Source of the DNA: Octopus sinensis
Taxonomy: Eukaryota
Direction: 5' to 3'
Length of the DNA stretch: 64,000 nt
Assembly: GCF_006345805.1 (NCBI RefSeq)
Contig: NC_043009.1
Coordinates: 11,904,001-11,968,000 of the forward strand
In this document: positions 1 to 15,054 of the stretch, in pieces
How the letters are laid out: each line of letters starts with the position of its first letter
How positions within the stretch are numbered: the stretch's first letter is position 1
Translations under genes and position numbers: made by a program
The notes under the pieces: generated by a model
What the model saw: only the letters and a program-made list of their open reading frames with translations
What the model was told of the DNA's origin: nothing
Database searches by the model: none

Positions 1-61
1 CGTGGCAACATGCTATGTACATCTGTTGCTTCCAGAATATAGTAGTAGTAGTAGTAGTAGT

Positions 62-101
<40 letters not shown>

Positions 102-483
102 TGTAGTAGTAGTAGTAATATAGTCATTGGCAATGCTTTCCGAGGCATAGGTTGGTGAATCGGTAAAGTGCCTGGGAGATTCGCAGTTTGGTTCGAAACC
201 AAATGACCGCTACTCCGCTGCGCATGATATACTTGAAGCATTTTACACTCAAATTTCTTCTGACAATAATCACTTGAATAAAAAAAAAGAAAAGAAAAGA
301 AAAGAAAATCCATGACAACATCTGTAAAAACGATGTAAACATTTGTAAAACGAAACAACGCCAAATGGAAACAGAAAGTGCCTCGTAGAGTTGACGCCCA
401 GGCACTGGCCACCATATTACAGCAACATCCGCGATGAGTGACCTTGAAGGCATTTTGTTTCGTTATTTGTTTATATTGTATTA

Positions 484-1048
484 TTGGGTTGTCCGGAAAG
501 TTCATGCCGATTTTTAAAGGAAAGAAAAAGGTCAATATATAAACTTGCCATTACACTTTTAATCAACCAAATGTGAACCATTTTGTTGCACATTGCGTCT
601 CCGTCTTTCCTTTAACTTGAAAATACCCTCTTCCCAGAACTGAGGTGGTTTCATGGCAAAGAATTCATCAAGGTATCTTTTTAAGTCATCCAAGGAACTG
701 AAATTTTTACCATTAAGACTATTCTGCAGAGACCTGAATAAGTGGAAATCCGAAGGAGCAATATCTGGTGAATATGGAGGGTGGGGTAACACACCCCAGC
801 CGAGCTGCAGCAATTTTTGTCTGGTTCCCAAAGCATCAAGAGCCGAAAATGAACTTTCTTATCTTCCATTTTAAAGGGTTACAGAATTAACACAGGTTAT
901 AGGAATCTAAACCTTCTACGAAAAGATAGCTTAAACTGTGCTCTAAATGGAGGTGTAGTCAAATCCTGTTTCAAGGACTCAACCATGTTCTAAAATAAGT
1001 CGAAATGTAAGCTACTATAAATCTGCACAAACTTTCCAGACAACCCAA
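484..1048 (-). mobile_element. Internally deleted mariner element (565 bp) with transposase C-terminus
   Basis: TIRs TTGGGTTGTCCGGAAAGTT flanked by TA on both sides. ORF 559-831 has HPPYSPDIAPSDFHLF (mariner YSPDLAPSD motif). Confidence 0.92.
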
Positions 1049-1339
1049 TATAATTACGTGCCTTTGCATAGTTTCTACACTAGTTTCAAGCATTGGTACC
1101 AGGCCAGTAATTTTTTTAGAGGGAGTGGGTAAGTCGATTAAGTCGCATTTAGTACTCAATTGGTATTAATTTATCGATCTCAGCGATAAAGTAATACCAA
1201 TAAAAGTCGATCTCGGCGGAATACGAACTCAAACCAGTTTAAAGGATTTTATTTCAGATCCATCACGGCAGATAAAATACTAACGCAAGAAATGAATGGG
1301 TTACCATTTTGTTACCCAGAACACAGCAATTTAGATATT

Positions 1340-1890
1340 GTCAACTTTCTAAATGTTGCAAGATCTTTTGTGCACAAAGTTCGGATGGAATTGCAAGCCA
1401 CTGGCAGGAATGTTTCAACTGTATTAAAAAGAGAAAATTCATTCTAAAATTTCTGATAATATAAAGGACATTGCATCCAACGGGTTCAAAACATAATCGA
1501 GAATGATCCCAGAGAATCAATGAGAGCCACCTCTAAAGAACTTCAGGTGTCGTTGTTGACCATCAGAACTGTGGTGCGTGAAGACATTCCATATAATTCG
1601 TCTGTACTGAGCAGAGGTCAATTTATGTCTGCAAGGACAGAAAAACTGTTTGATCCGTGCTACATGGTTACTTGATAGGGTTTGAAATCCTCACGGACAT
1701 GGTATCCTTTGATTCTTCCCTGATGAGAAAAACTTCGAACAAGAGCAAAAGTGTAACAGAAGAAATGACGGATGGCTATGTGCAAATCCTGATATCTCCG
1801 GATTGATGCACACTAAATTTCTAGTAACTATTATAATTTTAGTGAGTAACGAAAGCCATGTAATTCCACCTCCCATCTTTTCACAGAGTT
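1340..1890 (+). mobile_element. Decayed Tc1/mariner-superfamily transposase fragment, maT/DD37D-like
   Basis: Broken frames read IIENDPRESMRATSKELQVSLLTIRTVVREDI and FFPDEKNFEQEQKCNRRNDGWLC (first catalytic Asp region). Subfamily assignment is from recalled motifs. Confidence 0.62.
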
Positions 1891-2266
1891 TTCCACAGAT
1901 ATTTCTTTATAAAAAATGTTTTTTTGTTTTATTTCGGAATGCATAAGCAAAAAGATTTGCTTTTGCTCCCACGCGTGATGCGCGAGGTTCTTTTGGCCCT
2001 GAGTTTTATTAATGCTCAGTCAAAAGCAAGTGAGATAGGAAACGGTAACGGCTTAAATTAGAATGAGGCATTAGATGGTATAACTAGTATACGCGGAATG
2101 AAGAAGGTGTCACCTATATCACAACCAGTGAGAATATTTGCTTCAATGCAGTTGCTCATAAGTGTGTGCAGAATTAGTGTTGTGCCGTTGCATAATTTTT
2201 GTTGAGGCAAATTAGGCACTGAATCAGGTACTTCTATTTTGCCGGAGAAAGAGATAGAATTTCGAT

Positions 2267-2300
<34 letters not shown>

Positions 2301-3385
2301 TAAGGGTAGAAATTGATATTAATCAATTAAAACCAGTGGCCTAGCATATTTAAAAAATCCGAAGATTAAAAATATTATACATACAAAATTTAGAGGACTG
2401 ACCACTAAAAGTGGACAGTCTATATGCTAGATATAGACGTCCAAATCGCCATTTTCCACGAAGTGTGTGTTCTCAAGAAAAAATTCAGCAAAAAACAAAA
2501 GTGTAAAAATTAGCAAGACAAATGATTATTTATATGTGTCTGTGTGTACGCATGTATGTATGTAAACATTCCACCATTGTACGATTTCTACACACTTTCT
2601 CTATACCTCACTGTTCTGTCTTTCTCTTTTCTTGCCTCTGATGCTTTGGTCTCCTCTTCCCCCACTTTCTCACATTTCTGTCTTTCTCACTTTGCACCAC
2701 TGATTCTGTTGCCAAGCCAATCTTTGGCGCGCTCTGTTTCTTCCCTCCTCTTTCTTTTCCCCTCTTTAATTCTTTCTTTCTCTCTCTCTCCCTCCCTCCC
2801 TTGGTGCCTTTGTCCCTCCTTTTCTCCCTCTCTTTGATTCCTTCGCCCCTTGTTTTTTTCTCTCTCTCTTCTACTCTACTCTCACGTGACCTGCTGGTCA
2901 ACTAGCCTTTCAGCCGTTGACCGATGCCGTGTCAACACCGTTTTCTTCGTCTGCCGCAAAGGCATTTATTTCAAAGTACGCCAGCTAAGATAAGTTAAAT
3001 TGTCTGAAGTCGTAAGACAGCCGCTGTTTTTGTCCTGTTATTACCATTCTTATTTTTAATTTTATTTTTGTTTTTTTTTGTATTTACATTCGTGTGGCAT
3101 CGTCCGTTTTTCTGTCCTTGTTTCGTATACATTCGATCCTTTTTCCAAGAAATCTAATGCTCGCAGCTTAGTTTTTCCTTGAGGCTAGCCGGATCGGAGC
3201 GATATCAGGATTAATCAGCCGAAATTTGCTAGGATGATCCGGTTCCTGACTGAAGATTAGAGGCTTCGAATGACCCGTCCGTTTTTTGTGTCGTCTCTTT
3301 GTGTGTTTTGCGTTCTTGTCCCATTTTGTATTTTTATATATAATTTTTTTATATATAATTTTTATACAAACACACACACACACAC

Positions 3386-3424
<39 letters not shown>

Positions 3425-3443
3425 GCATATATATGTATGTGTA

Positions 3444-3482
<39 letters not shown>

Positions 3483-4278
3483 CATAGATAGATAGATAGA
3501 TAGATACAAACATGCATACATGCACACACAAACACACACACACATACATATATGTGTATGTGAATATATATATGTATTATTTATAATTTAATTGAACGCC
3601 ACGCATCCATTTCCAAGCAAGTTTATCTCCACCTTTTTGATGTGTCTCATTTCGCTATACTGTTTTCTTCCTCCATTCTTCATTAATTCCCTTTTCCTCC
3701 CCTCCCTCCTTTACCGTTTTCTATCTCTCTCTGCCCTTTTTCTCTATTTTCTCTCTCTCCCCTCTTTCTCTTTTCTCTCACACGTTCTCGTTGCTCACAC
3801 GTGACCATCGGCCATCTTTCTTTTCCTCACGTGGCCATATTTCTTTTCTTGCTCGGACGTTCAAAAGAACGGTCGTGTTTTTTTCTCACTCCTATCTTTT
3901 CTCCTTTCAAAAATAATATTTCTCCCAGCTTTCACTATTTTCCTCTCGTTCTGGTCTAACGACTCTCCATCTTTGTTTTCATTCGGTTTCCCTGTATGTC
4001 TCCACTCTCATGTTTTTGCTCCCAACTTTGACTCTCTATAAATCCTAAATTTTATTTTAGAATTTATGGAAGCAACTGTCTTTGAAGACTTATATTGTCA
4101 TTGAATGCTCGGAGTGAGGAGTAGATAGACAGCCGACAACTGATGAAGGATCCTTTCTCTGTGTTTACTTGACCTGTTTTCCATGTTTTTTCTCGCGGTT
4201 TACGTATTTCATGTTATTTGCACCGTTGTACTCATATATGCTTGTATATATATATATATATACATTCATAGACAGACA

Positions 4279-4331
<53 letters not shown>

Positions 4332-4361
4332 ATATATATATATATTCATAGACAGACAGAC

Positions 4362-4458
<97 letters not shown>

Positions 4459-4465
4459 GATAGAT

Positions 4466-4525
<60 letters not shown>

Positions 4526-5133
4526 GCCCGTGCATGTTTACATTTAAAGGTGCATACATATTTGTTGTAATTATGAATTTTTATATATTTTAATCTGTAC
4601 GGGATTTCACTTTGTCTTACAGAAAATATATTTGTCCATGTATCAGTTTAATACTTCCGGAAAAGGAATTTTATTTTGCGTGTCCATACATATTGCTTTT
4701 GTAACTAGGCGTGTATGCGTGTGTTTCTCGGCGCTATTCTCTTAATTTTTCTTTTTTAAAAGTATTTTGAAGTGATTGATAGTTGGCCAAGTAAACTTGC
4801 TGGTGTGTCCGTACTAAGTATGACTTTAAAAAGATTAACCCACTTTCTGGGTTTAATCTTTTCCAATAAATATTTGTCACCGTAAGATTATCTGCTGAAC
4901 CTGAACTTGAGTACACTTTGAACTTGCGTTACTTCTTTTCTTTTCTCCTGTAGATACACACACTCATACATATTCCTACCCACTAAGACACGCTCATGCA
5001 TATTTATACGTGTATGCTAATAAGCAATGTACATATTCACACACCTTCATTTACTATTTTATTCAAATACGCGTACATATTCACGTATATATGCATATAT
5101 GCAAATATGCATACATGCATAATGTTTTATTAT

Positions 5134-5436
5134 GCGCCCTTTTCAAACCTAGCTAGGCTCATGGGCCCGGTTTCCCGGTTTCTGTGGTGTATGTGTTCCC
5201 CTCAGCTGGATGGGCCGCCAGTCCATTGCAGCGTTATTCAAGAAACAGGAAAAAAGTGTGAAAGAAAGTTGAGGTGAAAGAGTACAACAGGGGTCGCCAC
5301 GACCCCCTGCCGGAGCCTTGTGGAGCTTTAGGTGTTTTCGCTCAGTAGACACACACAACGCCCGGTCTGGGAATCGAAACTGCGATCCTCCGACCGCGAG
5401 TTCGCTGCCCTAACTGCTGGGCCATTGCGCCTCCAC
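5134..5436 (-). mobile_element. tRNA-derived SINE, family C variant
   Basis: The reverse complement starts GTGGAGGCGCAATGGCCCAG with an A box and GGTCGGAGGATCGCAGTTTCGATTCC (B box). Shares its 3' CCGGGAAACCGGGCCCATGAGCC with the 28800 and 60173 copies. Confidence 0.8.
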
Positions 5437-5886
5437 ACATGCATTATGTACACAGATGTATTCTCGCCTTGAACCAGATGCATACACATTTAGAGAATAA
5501 AAGCTGAGTTGATATTTAAATATATTTGGTAAAAGTTCTGCTGCTGGTAGCGGGATTGATTATGGTGCGAAATGTATTTAGTGTTCTTCAGCACCAGTTC
5601 TTTGTTGATTGAGTAGATCTAAAATCTAAGGTTTCCCATCTCATGTTTTATGTAGGACTACATTATCCAATATGCTCTCACTCTTTTAAAATAATATGGT
5701 GCAATTTGAGGCAGGTGTGAATGCTACCTTTTAATTGGCAGTGTTTTTCCTGGTTTTGCGAAACTTGGCCTGTCACGCTTGGTATTTCAATGTGTGTGTG
5801 TGTGTGTATTCGCTTTTCACGCGAAAACAGCTGCGCGAATTGGTTCAATACTTGGTATGCATAAATAATTTGACCTCGGATACTTA

Positions 5887-5952
<66 letters not shown>

Positions 5953-6792
5953 TGTGTGTGTTTGAGGGCGTATTGCCTAGTGGTTTTGGTGTTGCACTCA
6001 TGATAGCAAGTTCGTGGTTTCAATTCCTGAACCAGGTGATGCAATATGGTCATAAACACCTCATCTCTCGTTACCCTGAGACCACTTCAACACATGATGT
6101 GTGTTACACCCTATACATGTTTAGGCAATGTCCTTTTGATGGAGGGAGTGTGCTAATGCGCAGTACATACATCTGATCACAATAAACAAATCATTTGGAC
6201 AGGCAAGAGTTAAGACATAAAACGGAAGAAACAAGAAACAAACGTGGAACCAGAATAGAAGATCGATGATTTTATTTATCTGACAAAAATATATAGCAAT
6301 CAATATCCATTTTGTAATATTTTCTTCATTAAAATAATTGTTCCTTTATTGACACTCTTCACATCCATTGGACACATAAAATATAAAGAAGGAAGCGTAT
6401 CTGAAGCTTGCAAAAAGGGGAATTTATCGAGATGATGGCAGTATAAGTTTCGTTCCAAATCACAAATAATACATAGCATGGACGTGTAAATTTATCTACT
6501 TATATATATATATATATATGTGTATGTGCGTGTGTGTCTGTGCTTGTGAGAGTATGTGTGTGTGTGTTTATGCGTGTGCTTGAGTGCTTATGTGTGTATG
6601 TGCATGTGTTTATGTGCGCATGTGTGTATGCGTGTAATCTTGTTTGTCAATGTCCCTCGACGTCTGTTGGATTCGAAGGGCACTGTTGTGATGCAGATAG
6701 TGTCTAAGGCATTTTAAACCTGGCGGAGTCAATCCCTCTTCAGGTTCGACTACAGCCGATTCCTTCATTTCAGAGAGAGGGAGAGAGAGAGT

Positions 6793-6824
<32 letters not shown>

Positions 6825-7648
6825 GGGGCGGATGTGGATGAATGTGAGGAGAGTGAGAGAAAAGATGTGTGAATGGATTTGAGGGAGAGAAAAAGAGAGA
6901 CTGTGAGAGAGAGAAAGAAAGAAAGGAGAAAAAGTTATTCAACCCCAGTACTTCACTCGTACTTTACTTATCGTCCGCCCCTCTCAAAAGTGTGAAAGGA
7001 AAATTTAACCTCGCCAGAAGTTGAACTCAGATCACAAGGAACCAGAACAAATACCACATGACATTCTATCAGATGCTTTAACGATTTTTTATACTCCGCT
7101 AATTCATCAGTTATGTTCTGATAGTCCGTGCATGTGTGTAAGAGTACAAGTATAGGCGTGTATGTGAATGTGTGCAAAAGTGTGTATCTCCGTGTGAAAG
7201 ATTCAAGACCAACGGTGTATAAAAATTCGTTAGACGTATCTTTTGAAATCTAAATTCTCTCATTTAACATGGTTAATGAAATGCCCAGACAGCTCCGACA
7301 TAACTCTGTGTATATTTGCGTGTTTCATTTAGCGTGCGCCTAGGCTCAAGTAAAAATAAATAAATAGATAAATAAATTTTATTTATATCTTCTTTAAAAC
7401 ACATATTTGAAAGAAATGCGATGTCGGGATGCACAGTTTTTTCACAAGAGTTTATAGTTGCCGGTTTTAACAAAACTAGAATATGTGTCAGGGTCTCAGC
7501 TTACTAGAATCTGGGTTTGCGCCACAAGCAGAGAACGATAATGTAAATCCGTATGCTTACACACACACACACACACACGTACGTATCTATGCATATATGC
7601 ATGTATGTATATATGTATTTATGTATGTATGTATGTATCTATCTATAT

Positions 7649-7683
<35 letters not shown>

Positions 7684-8317
7684 CACACACACTCAATGGG
7701 TACGCAGATGATTATATGTACATAGATAAGTAAGGCAAACATTTCCCACCCATATAAATGCAAGGTTACATATGAAACCCGAACGCCGTTGAGATAAAAA
7801 CAACGGATCGAATTACTGGATTACAAATCCATAATCTCATTACTTTTCTCGAATCGAGAGAGAGAGGAAAAAGAAAAAGAAAGAAAAGAAGAAAGAAAAG
7901 AGGAAAAGGAAGGAAAGCAACGAAGATTGTTAGCTAGATAGATAGCTTGCTAGCGAGATAAAAAAAAAAACATATCAAGGCATATGTCACTAAAAAATGA
8001 TAAGCGATCATATAACCACTGATTTATATGTTGATAAGTTCCAATTTGGCTCAAGATTCGCTGGATAAAAAAATTTTAAGAAAATACTACGCATTGTTAA
8101 ATAGTAAGGACTTACTGAATTGCGGATTAAAGTTTCCTTGATTTTTCGTTCGAAAGCCGTCTTTACTCGTGTACAATGCGACAATATTGAGATTCCCATA
8201 CAAGTGTAATGCGAGCTTAATGAACTTTTTGTACTTAAAAATCAGGTTATATATTATATTTTTTTCTCGAATATAATTGTTACCCAACCTAATTATGCAC
8301 CTTATGCTTTCCTTTAA

Positions 8318-8524
8318 CCATTTAGCGTTCAAACAGGTCATATTTGACCTGTTTTGGGCTAAAATTTGGCCCGATCTGGCTTCGCCTCTCACACCTACCC
8401 TGCAATGTTATTCTAAACAATCACATCATTGAAATCACGAAACTTAGAGATGATGCGTAATTAATTTGAAACAATGTGAATAAATATGCATTGCAATTAA
8501 CAAATTAATCTGAATGTCAATGGG
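8318..8524. mobile_element. piggyBac-like MITE
   Basis: TTAA|CCATTTAGCGTTCAAA ... TCTGAATGTCAATGGG|TTAA: imperfect TIRs with TTAA on both flanks. Confidence 0.55.
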
Positions 8525-8789
8525 TTAAATTTCTCGCATTTTACGCAAGAAATCTTCACAATTACGAAATGTGAATGCCTGTAAGTGACCCTGATCGAGC
8601 AGATCTTTGATGAAATGCAATCCAATTCCGACCATCTCGCATAATAAGAAACGATTGTTTCCCCATAGGACAACGGATTTAGGATCACATTATCCAACGT
8701 CGCCTTCATTTTTCAGGAAGATATTTGTCAGCTATTTTTAGTATGCTGAGCGACTATAAAGTGTCCCTAGCTAAAATATGTTATACATT

Positions 8790-9130
8790 GCAGTGCGGTT
8801 AAGAATCTCGCTTTACAACCACATGGTTCTAGGTTCAGTCCCACTGCACGGCATCTGTGGTAAATGTCTTCTACTATAGCCTCGGCCGTCTAATGCCTTG
8901 TAAGTGAATTTGGAAGACTTACATACATACATGTGCGTGTGTGTGTGTTCCACCGCTTAACGACCGATGCTGGTTTGTTTTTATTCGCATAACTTGGCGG
9001 TTCGGCAAAATAGCCCCAAAGAATAAATTCCAGATTTAAAAACAAGCACTGGTGTTAGTTTGTTAGATTTAAGCCCATCAGAAATATACTCCAGCATGGC
9101 CGCAGTCTAATGACTCAAACAATTAAAAGA
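8790..9130 (+). mobile_element. Degraded SINE family B copy
   Basis: GGTTCAGTCCCACTGCACGGC, TCTTCTACTATAGCCTCGG and CTCCAGCATGGCCGCAGTC blocks are shared with the intact family B copies. Confidence 0.75.
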
Positions 9131-9726
9131 TAAGCAGTAGTAACTGGAACAGAGTACTGGAAGCGCCATTCTCCGGGGGAAACACCCTTTTCGTTCTGTT
9201 TGCTGGAACCATGGGGCAGTTTGACTAACAGGAAATTGTACTTTCCACTCATTAAATACTTAGATCCACGCAATAATCTATAGTCAGAGAGACAGCATTG
9301 AAAGAAATAAGTTCTTTTCTAGGCACAAGTGAAAAGCTGTATCTAGTTAAGTAGATTAAAATGCTAGCGTTATGTTAGCACTAAAAGGATTGCAAAGGAA
9401 CTGAATGTTATCTCTTACATTTTATATATACTTTTAAACTATTCAGACCCAATTCTCTTGGACTTACACAACACGGGACATATGATTATAAAGTATTTGG
9501 TCTGCTTGTAGTGCGTGGTTCAAGCCCAAAGAGAATCTAAACCATGGCAGAATTGTTCAAAATATGTCCTTGTTTAGCCAGTTCTATTGCTAGGAACACA
9601 ACCGTTTATTTTGTTATTTAGAGGTGGAAATCGAGGAAAATCCTCGTTTTATAAATAGACATCTTTCTATTTTGATGTAGTTGTGTAACGGTGGCTGCAA
9701 ATTCAATGTTAGAGAGAGAGAGAAAA

Positions 9727-9759
<33 letters not shown>

Positions 9760-10013
9760 AAGAGAGAAAACGAAACACTCACACACACATATATATATAG
9801 ACAAACACACGCACAAGTATATACACGTACATATATTATTTATGTGGAGGCGCAATTGCTCAGGGGTTAGGGCAGGATTGCGGTTTCGATTCCCAGGCCG
9901 GGCGTTGTGAGTGTTTATTGTGCAAAAACACCTAAATCTCCACGAAGCTCTGGTGGCGACCCCTGTTGTACTCTTTCGCCACAACTTTCTCTCACTCTTT
10001 CTTTATACACATT

Positions 10014-10052
<39 letters not shown>

Positions 10053-10153
10053 TCAATAAACTAACTTGGGTCGCCCTTGTATTTTGCAAACTGACAACAG
10101 CTGATCATGAATGTATTTTTTCTAACCCTGAAGAGGAAGCTTTGGCTTTCGGA

Positions 10154-10301
10154 CAGTCATGGTCAAACTGCGGCCCACGGGATATTCCGAAAAGCACGCC
10201 GAATGAGAAATGAGCTTGATATTGTTTTTAGTAGTGTGGCTTGCCGGTTGATGATTCATGTTTGATGCAGCCCGTTTTCCATAAAAGGTTGCTCATGTCT
10301 G
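10154..10301. mobile_element. Old hAT (Charlie-like) MITE, 148 bp
   Basis: Left end CAGTCATGGTCAAAC, right end (rc) CAGACATGAGCAACC. The 8-bp flanks ctttcgga/ctctagga match at 6 of 8. Confidence 0.5.
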
Positions 10302-11953
10302 CTCTAGGAAATACAATTTTAGCAATATTTCAGACACGTGGTTATCATGAAAACTCATTAGATCTGTCTAGCATCCGTCGTGCCTTTAAGTTCAGTTGTG
10401 CGCTGTTCATGAGTAAGGCGGTGGTAATGTTTTCTCGATTTGAACAGTGACTTTGAGAGGGAGACTAAATTGTTGCTGTTCCACTGAAGGATGTTTGCAA
10501 TGTCTGTGTGAGATTTCAAGCTGTGTATGGACGGCAGCCAAATGAAAAAAAATAATTATAAGAACTGGATGTGGTCTTGATATTTATATACTTGTGTCGT
10601 TTGAGTTAACTGTGAGAAGGTAATTAATATATAAAAGAAAGTGTGTAGGAGACTTGACAGATTTATGAGGTGCAACAAAGCGGTCTGATCGGAAATTTCC
10701 AATCTGATATGTAGCAGATGAACAGAAGTGATAGGTGGGTTACGTAGACAAGGTGGACGGCTTTGCTGATGTAAATGTTAATGGCACTTCATTCACTAAA
10801 ATACCGAAGGAGAGAAACCATTTCTTTTTATGCAGAAAAGTATATTTCCGTTTGGACTTATTTGCAAAACACATGCATGTGGTAACATACCATTTTATCT
10901 TATAAAAACGTAAGAATTTTTAAGGCTAATGAAAATAAACTCAATATTTTCTGAAAGTAATTTAAAATTACTATTTGGGTCTGTTATTAAACAGCGTAGG
11001 ATAGAACCAACGAACAAATGTCATCTAACGTAAAATATGAATGAATTTTTAATAAGGGAATTTTGTGAAATGATATCAGTGTTTGTGTATGCGTGTGGCG
11101 GCTCTTTTCAGCAAAGTTGGCTGGGATAGAAGCGGCAACTAGTGTTGGAAATAAAAGATTTTTTTTTTTTAGATGGGAATGAATAAAACGTTTTATGACA
11201 TTTCAAAGATAAAACTGTTGGGATTTTTTTTTTAAATGTCTTAGGGGACAAAGAAGTTTCTTTTCTTTTATTTTCATGGATGAAACTTTTGTAAAGAAAA
11301 CATAAACAATTCCTTATCTACTCCATTCCAAGAAGGGAAAGAAAAATATCTTAAGTGTTGTCAGAACATGAATGGGTAGCAATGAAAAAAATAAAAATGT
11401 TTGATTCGAATGAAAAGCAAGAAATCACTCCTCCTTTTCCTGTGTAGTGGAAAATTAAAATGTGAATTTCGAGAAAGATTTAATTGTGAAAGCGATAAAG
11501 TGTTTTAAGAATTAACATATGCCAGTCTTTCGTTTGAAGTAAGGATTCGTTGGTATTCAAATATAAATGTTCGGTATTAATTACCGCAAATGCGTGCACA
11601 CACATACACACGTTCATACACACACACTGCATATAGATACACGCACACTCATGTATATATATATATATGTATGTATGTGGTGCTATTAAAAGTTAGGCAT
11701 GGCCTGGGTAATGCTGGCCGAAACTTATCTAAGTGTATATATATATATATATATATATATTTGTGTGCGCGCGCGCGTGTGTATAGGGATTAAGGATTGC
11801 GGTGTAAGTAGGACTTAGCTTTCGTTTTAGATTTATTTGGAAACAAAACATCTTTGTTCAGTTATCCATTTTTGAAGAAACATATTCATATCATTTAATG
11901 ATATATATTTTCGGCTGTCTTTTGTAAGAGACTGTTTACGATATGTTTAAGCA

Positions 11954-12020
<67 letters not shown>

Positions 12021-12685
12021 AGGCATTGTACATATATATATATATACAGATGCTTGAATTTGTGTACCTTCGAGCAGGAGTGTCTGCTTGTATGTATATA
12101 CTTTATAACAGAGAATAAACCGCCTTTGTTATAAGATGCCGAGTAAAAGAAGAAACCTTTTATATGAATATAAGAATTGTAAATCCCAAGGTGATATTCC
12201 CTTTAAAATTCTTTATAAGTAACCATTGTTGGAGAAAAGACAAACAAAATTAAAAACATGTTGAAAACCTCAAGTCATTTTAATGTATAACAAGTGTGGA
12301 AGATATTATTTGTACATCAGTTTGTCTGTTATACTGGTTACAATTTTAATAAATTAAACATTCAAATAAAAATTAACCAAATATATAAAAAAAAAACTAA
12401 TATGGAAGCATTTAAAAAAACTGCCATTATACAAAGCTTGAATGAAACAAGCGTAAATACAAATACGCTCGCATAGACAGGATTGCACATATATTTAAAA
12501 GAGCACAAAGACATACAGACACATATACAGACATGCGCAGTGGTTAGTAACCTCCTGCATAAAAAATAAGCAGAAATTCCACACATCACAGATAGCACAA
12601 ATATTTGAATGGAAAGGTTTGGAAGATCATTAAGAAGTGTGATGGTACTGTGCCGACTAGATTACTTTCTGTACATTTAGTGCGG

Positions 12686-12720
<35 letters not shown>

Positions 12721-12998
12721 GCACGCACACACACACACGCAAGCAAACACACACACATGTGCATATATATGGGTTTGTTCATAATTTTACAATATAGGCA
12801 CACAGTTTCGATGAAGCGTTTCATCAGAGAAGTTTATATATATACATATATACATATACATACATACATATATATATATATTTATTATATATATATACTC
12901 AAAATAAGCAACAAGTATATCTTCGGTAATTTGGTACGATCGTTTCATGCTACTTCATTTTATTAAACATTGTAAGTATTACATCAGTTTTGAAATGT

Positions 12999-13055
<57 letters not shown>

Positions 13056-13424
13056 ATGTTAATGTAGTGTAGGACATTTTGCTATAAGATGAGTGTGCAA
13101 AGGAGTGTTCTGGTGAAGCTGATACAATGCTGGTCTCAGACCAGTGCTCTATCAATTCTCAATTGTGCCCAATACATATTACGGTACTTCGCCTTCAGTC
13201 CTGACCCGAAGACCCTACATCGTAGTGTATGAAGGCTAAACATTTTGAGTAATGTTATAGGTTTTTAACAATAATTAGTATTGATTGTATCAAACCCTGG
13301 ATGGGTGACAGCTCAGGTTGTCATCAGTGTAATCGGAACTCAAAACGTAAAGTAATAAACCTAAACACTATGAAACCCATTCATTCTGTAATTACGCAAT
13401 TAACTTGCAATGATATCTAATTAA

Positions 13425-13838
13425 GGCGGTGAGTTGGCATAGTCGTTAGCACGCCGGGTGAAATGCTTAGCGGTATTTCGTCTGCCGCTACGTTCTGAGT
13501 TCAAATTCCGCCGAGGTCTACTTTGCCTTTCATCCTTTCGGGGTCGATAATTAAGTACCAGTTACGCACTGGGGTCGATGTAATCTGCTTAAAACCTATA
13601 TCTGTCCTTGTTTATCCCTTCTATGTTTAGCCCCTTGTGGATAATAAAGAAATAGTTATTTCGTCTGCCGCTACGTTCTGAGTTCAAATTCCGCCGAGGT
13701 CGACTTTGCCTTTCATCCTTTCGTGGTCGATGAAATAAGTACCAGTTACGCACTGGGGTCGATATAATCGACTTAATTCGTTTGTCTGTCCCTGTTTGTC
13801 CTCTCTGTGTTTAGCCCCTTGTGGGTAGTAAAGAAATA
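13425..13838 (+). mobile_element. Dimeric SINE family A insertion with 13-bp TSD
   Basis: One full unit is followed by a 5'-truncated second unit. TSD GATATCTAATTAA at 13412-13424 and 13839-13851; tRNA-like A box and B box (GAGTTCAAATTCC). Confidence 0.9.
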
Positions 13839-14324
13839 GATATCTAATTAACATTTATCGTAATTAATTACGAGTAAATGTAAAAATTGTTTCCAGGATC
13901 AACTCTAATCCTGTGAATTTATGCTAATAAGTATTGCAAACATGACCATCTAGTCGATTTTGTTCAGACATGATATTATGAAGTAGGCTATGGACTACCT
14001 TATAAAATGTATCCTGCGTGATGTGATGGTAACTCCGCTGCTATTCGTAGTAGATCGAAACACCGTGTATCTTTGTCAGTGGGTGCTTATCGTAGTAGAT
14101 GCAGTAAAATGTTTTGGGGAAGTTTAGATATATGCAGAGGCAGGTGTATTCGAACGTGGATTATTTTGTACGTAATTATGGTGGGAATTAGATTGGAAAA
14201 GACGATATGCAAATAATAAGCGGAAACGTGTTCAGAATTAGTGGTGGTGGTGGTATTGGTGGTGGTGGTGATGGTGATGAATTGGAATATGTGCCAGTGA
14301 ATGTACTAGTGAAAACTAAGCATG

Positions 14325-14441
14325 AATAATAATACTAATAAAATAATAGAATAATAATAATAATAATAATAATAATGATAATAATAATACTAATTAATAA
14401 TAATAATAATATAATAATAATAATAATGTAATAATAATAAT

Positions 14442-14519
<78 letters not shown>

Positions 14520-14534
14520 ATAATAATAATAATC

Positions 14535-14601
<67 letters not shown>

Positions 14602-14654
14602 ATAATAATAATAATAATAATAATGATAATATAATAATAATAATAATAATAATA

Positions 14655-14723
<69 letters not shown>

Positions 14724-14765
14724 TAATAATAATAATGATAATAATAATAATAATAATAATAATAG
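14325..14765. repeat. Long imperfect (AAT)n microsatellite
   Basis: Direct reading of the sequence. Confidence 0.97.
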
Positions 14766-15002
14766 GGTCGGAAGAAGAAGTGGACTATTTAGGATTATTC
14801 ACTGTACATCGACAACTACAAACTGTATTCTATGCACAGACATACACGCACACACTTACGTGCACAAAACACATACATACATACACGTATGTATAATCCA
14901 AATCGGTATACATTCAAACGCAAAAAATAAATGTATGCATATAATGCTGAGATACATTCCTTTCTTCCTTCATCTTTCTTTCGTTTCGTCCTTCATGCAT
15001 GC

Positions 15003-15021
15003 TATACATACATACATACAT

Positions 15022-15054
<33 letters not shown>

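Noticed and set aside
124-453. 109-aa minus ORF at the window start
   Set aside because: It has no recognisable domain, crosses an A-rich tract, and lacks splice support.
10124-10160. CTGAAGA plus 6-bp stem at the hAT MITE insertion site; also the GTCCGAAACGTGGTC string at ~54897
   Set aside because: Helix I cannot be formed and the cores are incomplete.
12800-12840. Minus-strand CTGATGA...CGAAAC hammerhead-like string
   Set aside because: It has no helix I or II, and the triplet ends in G.
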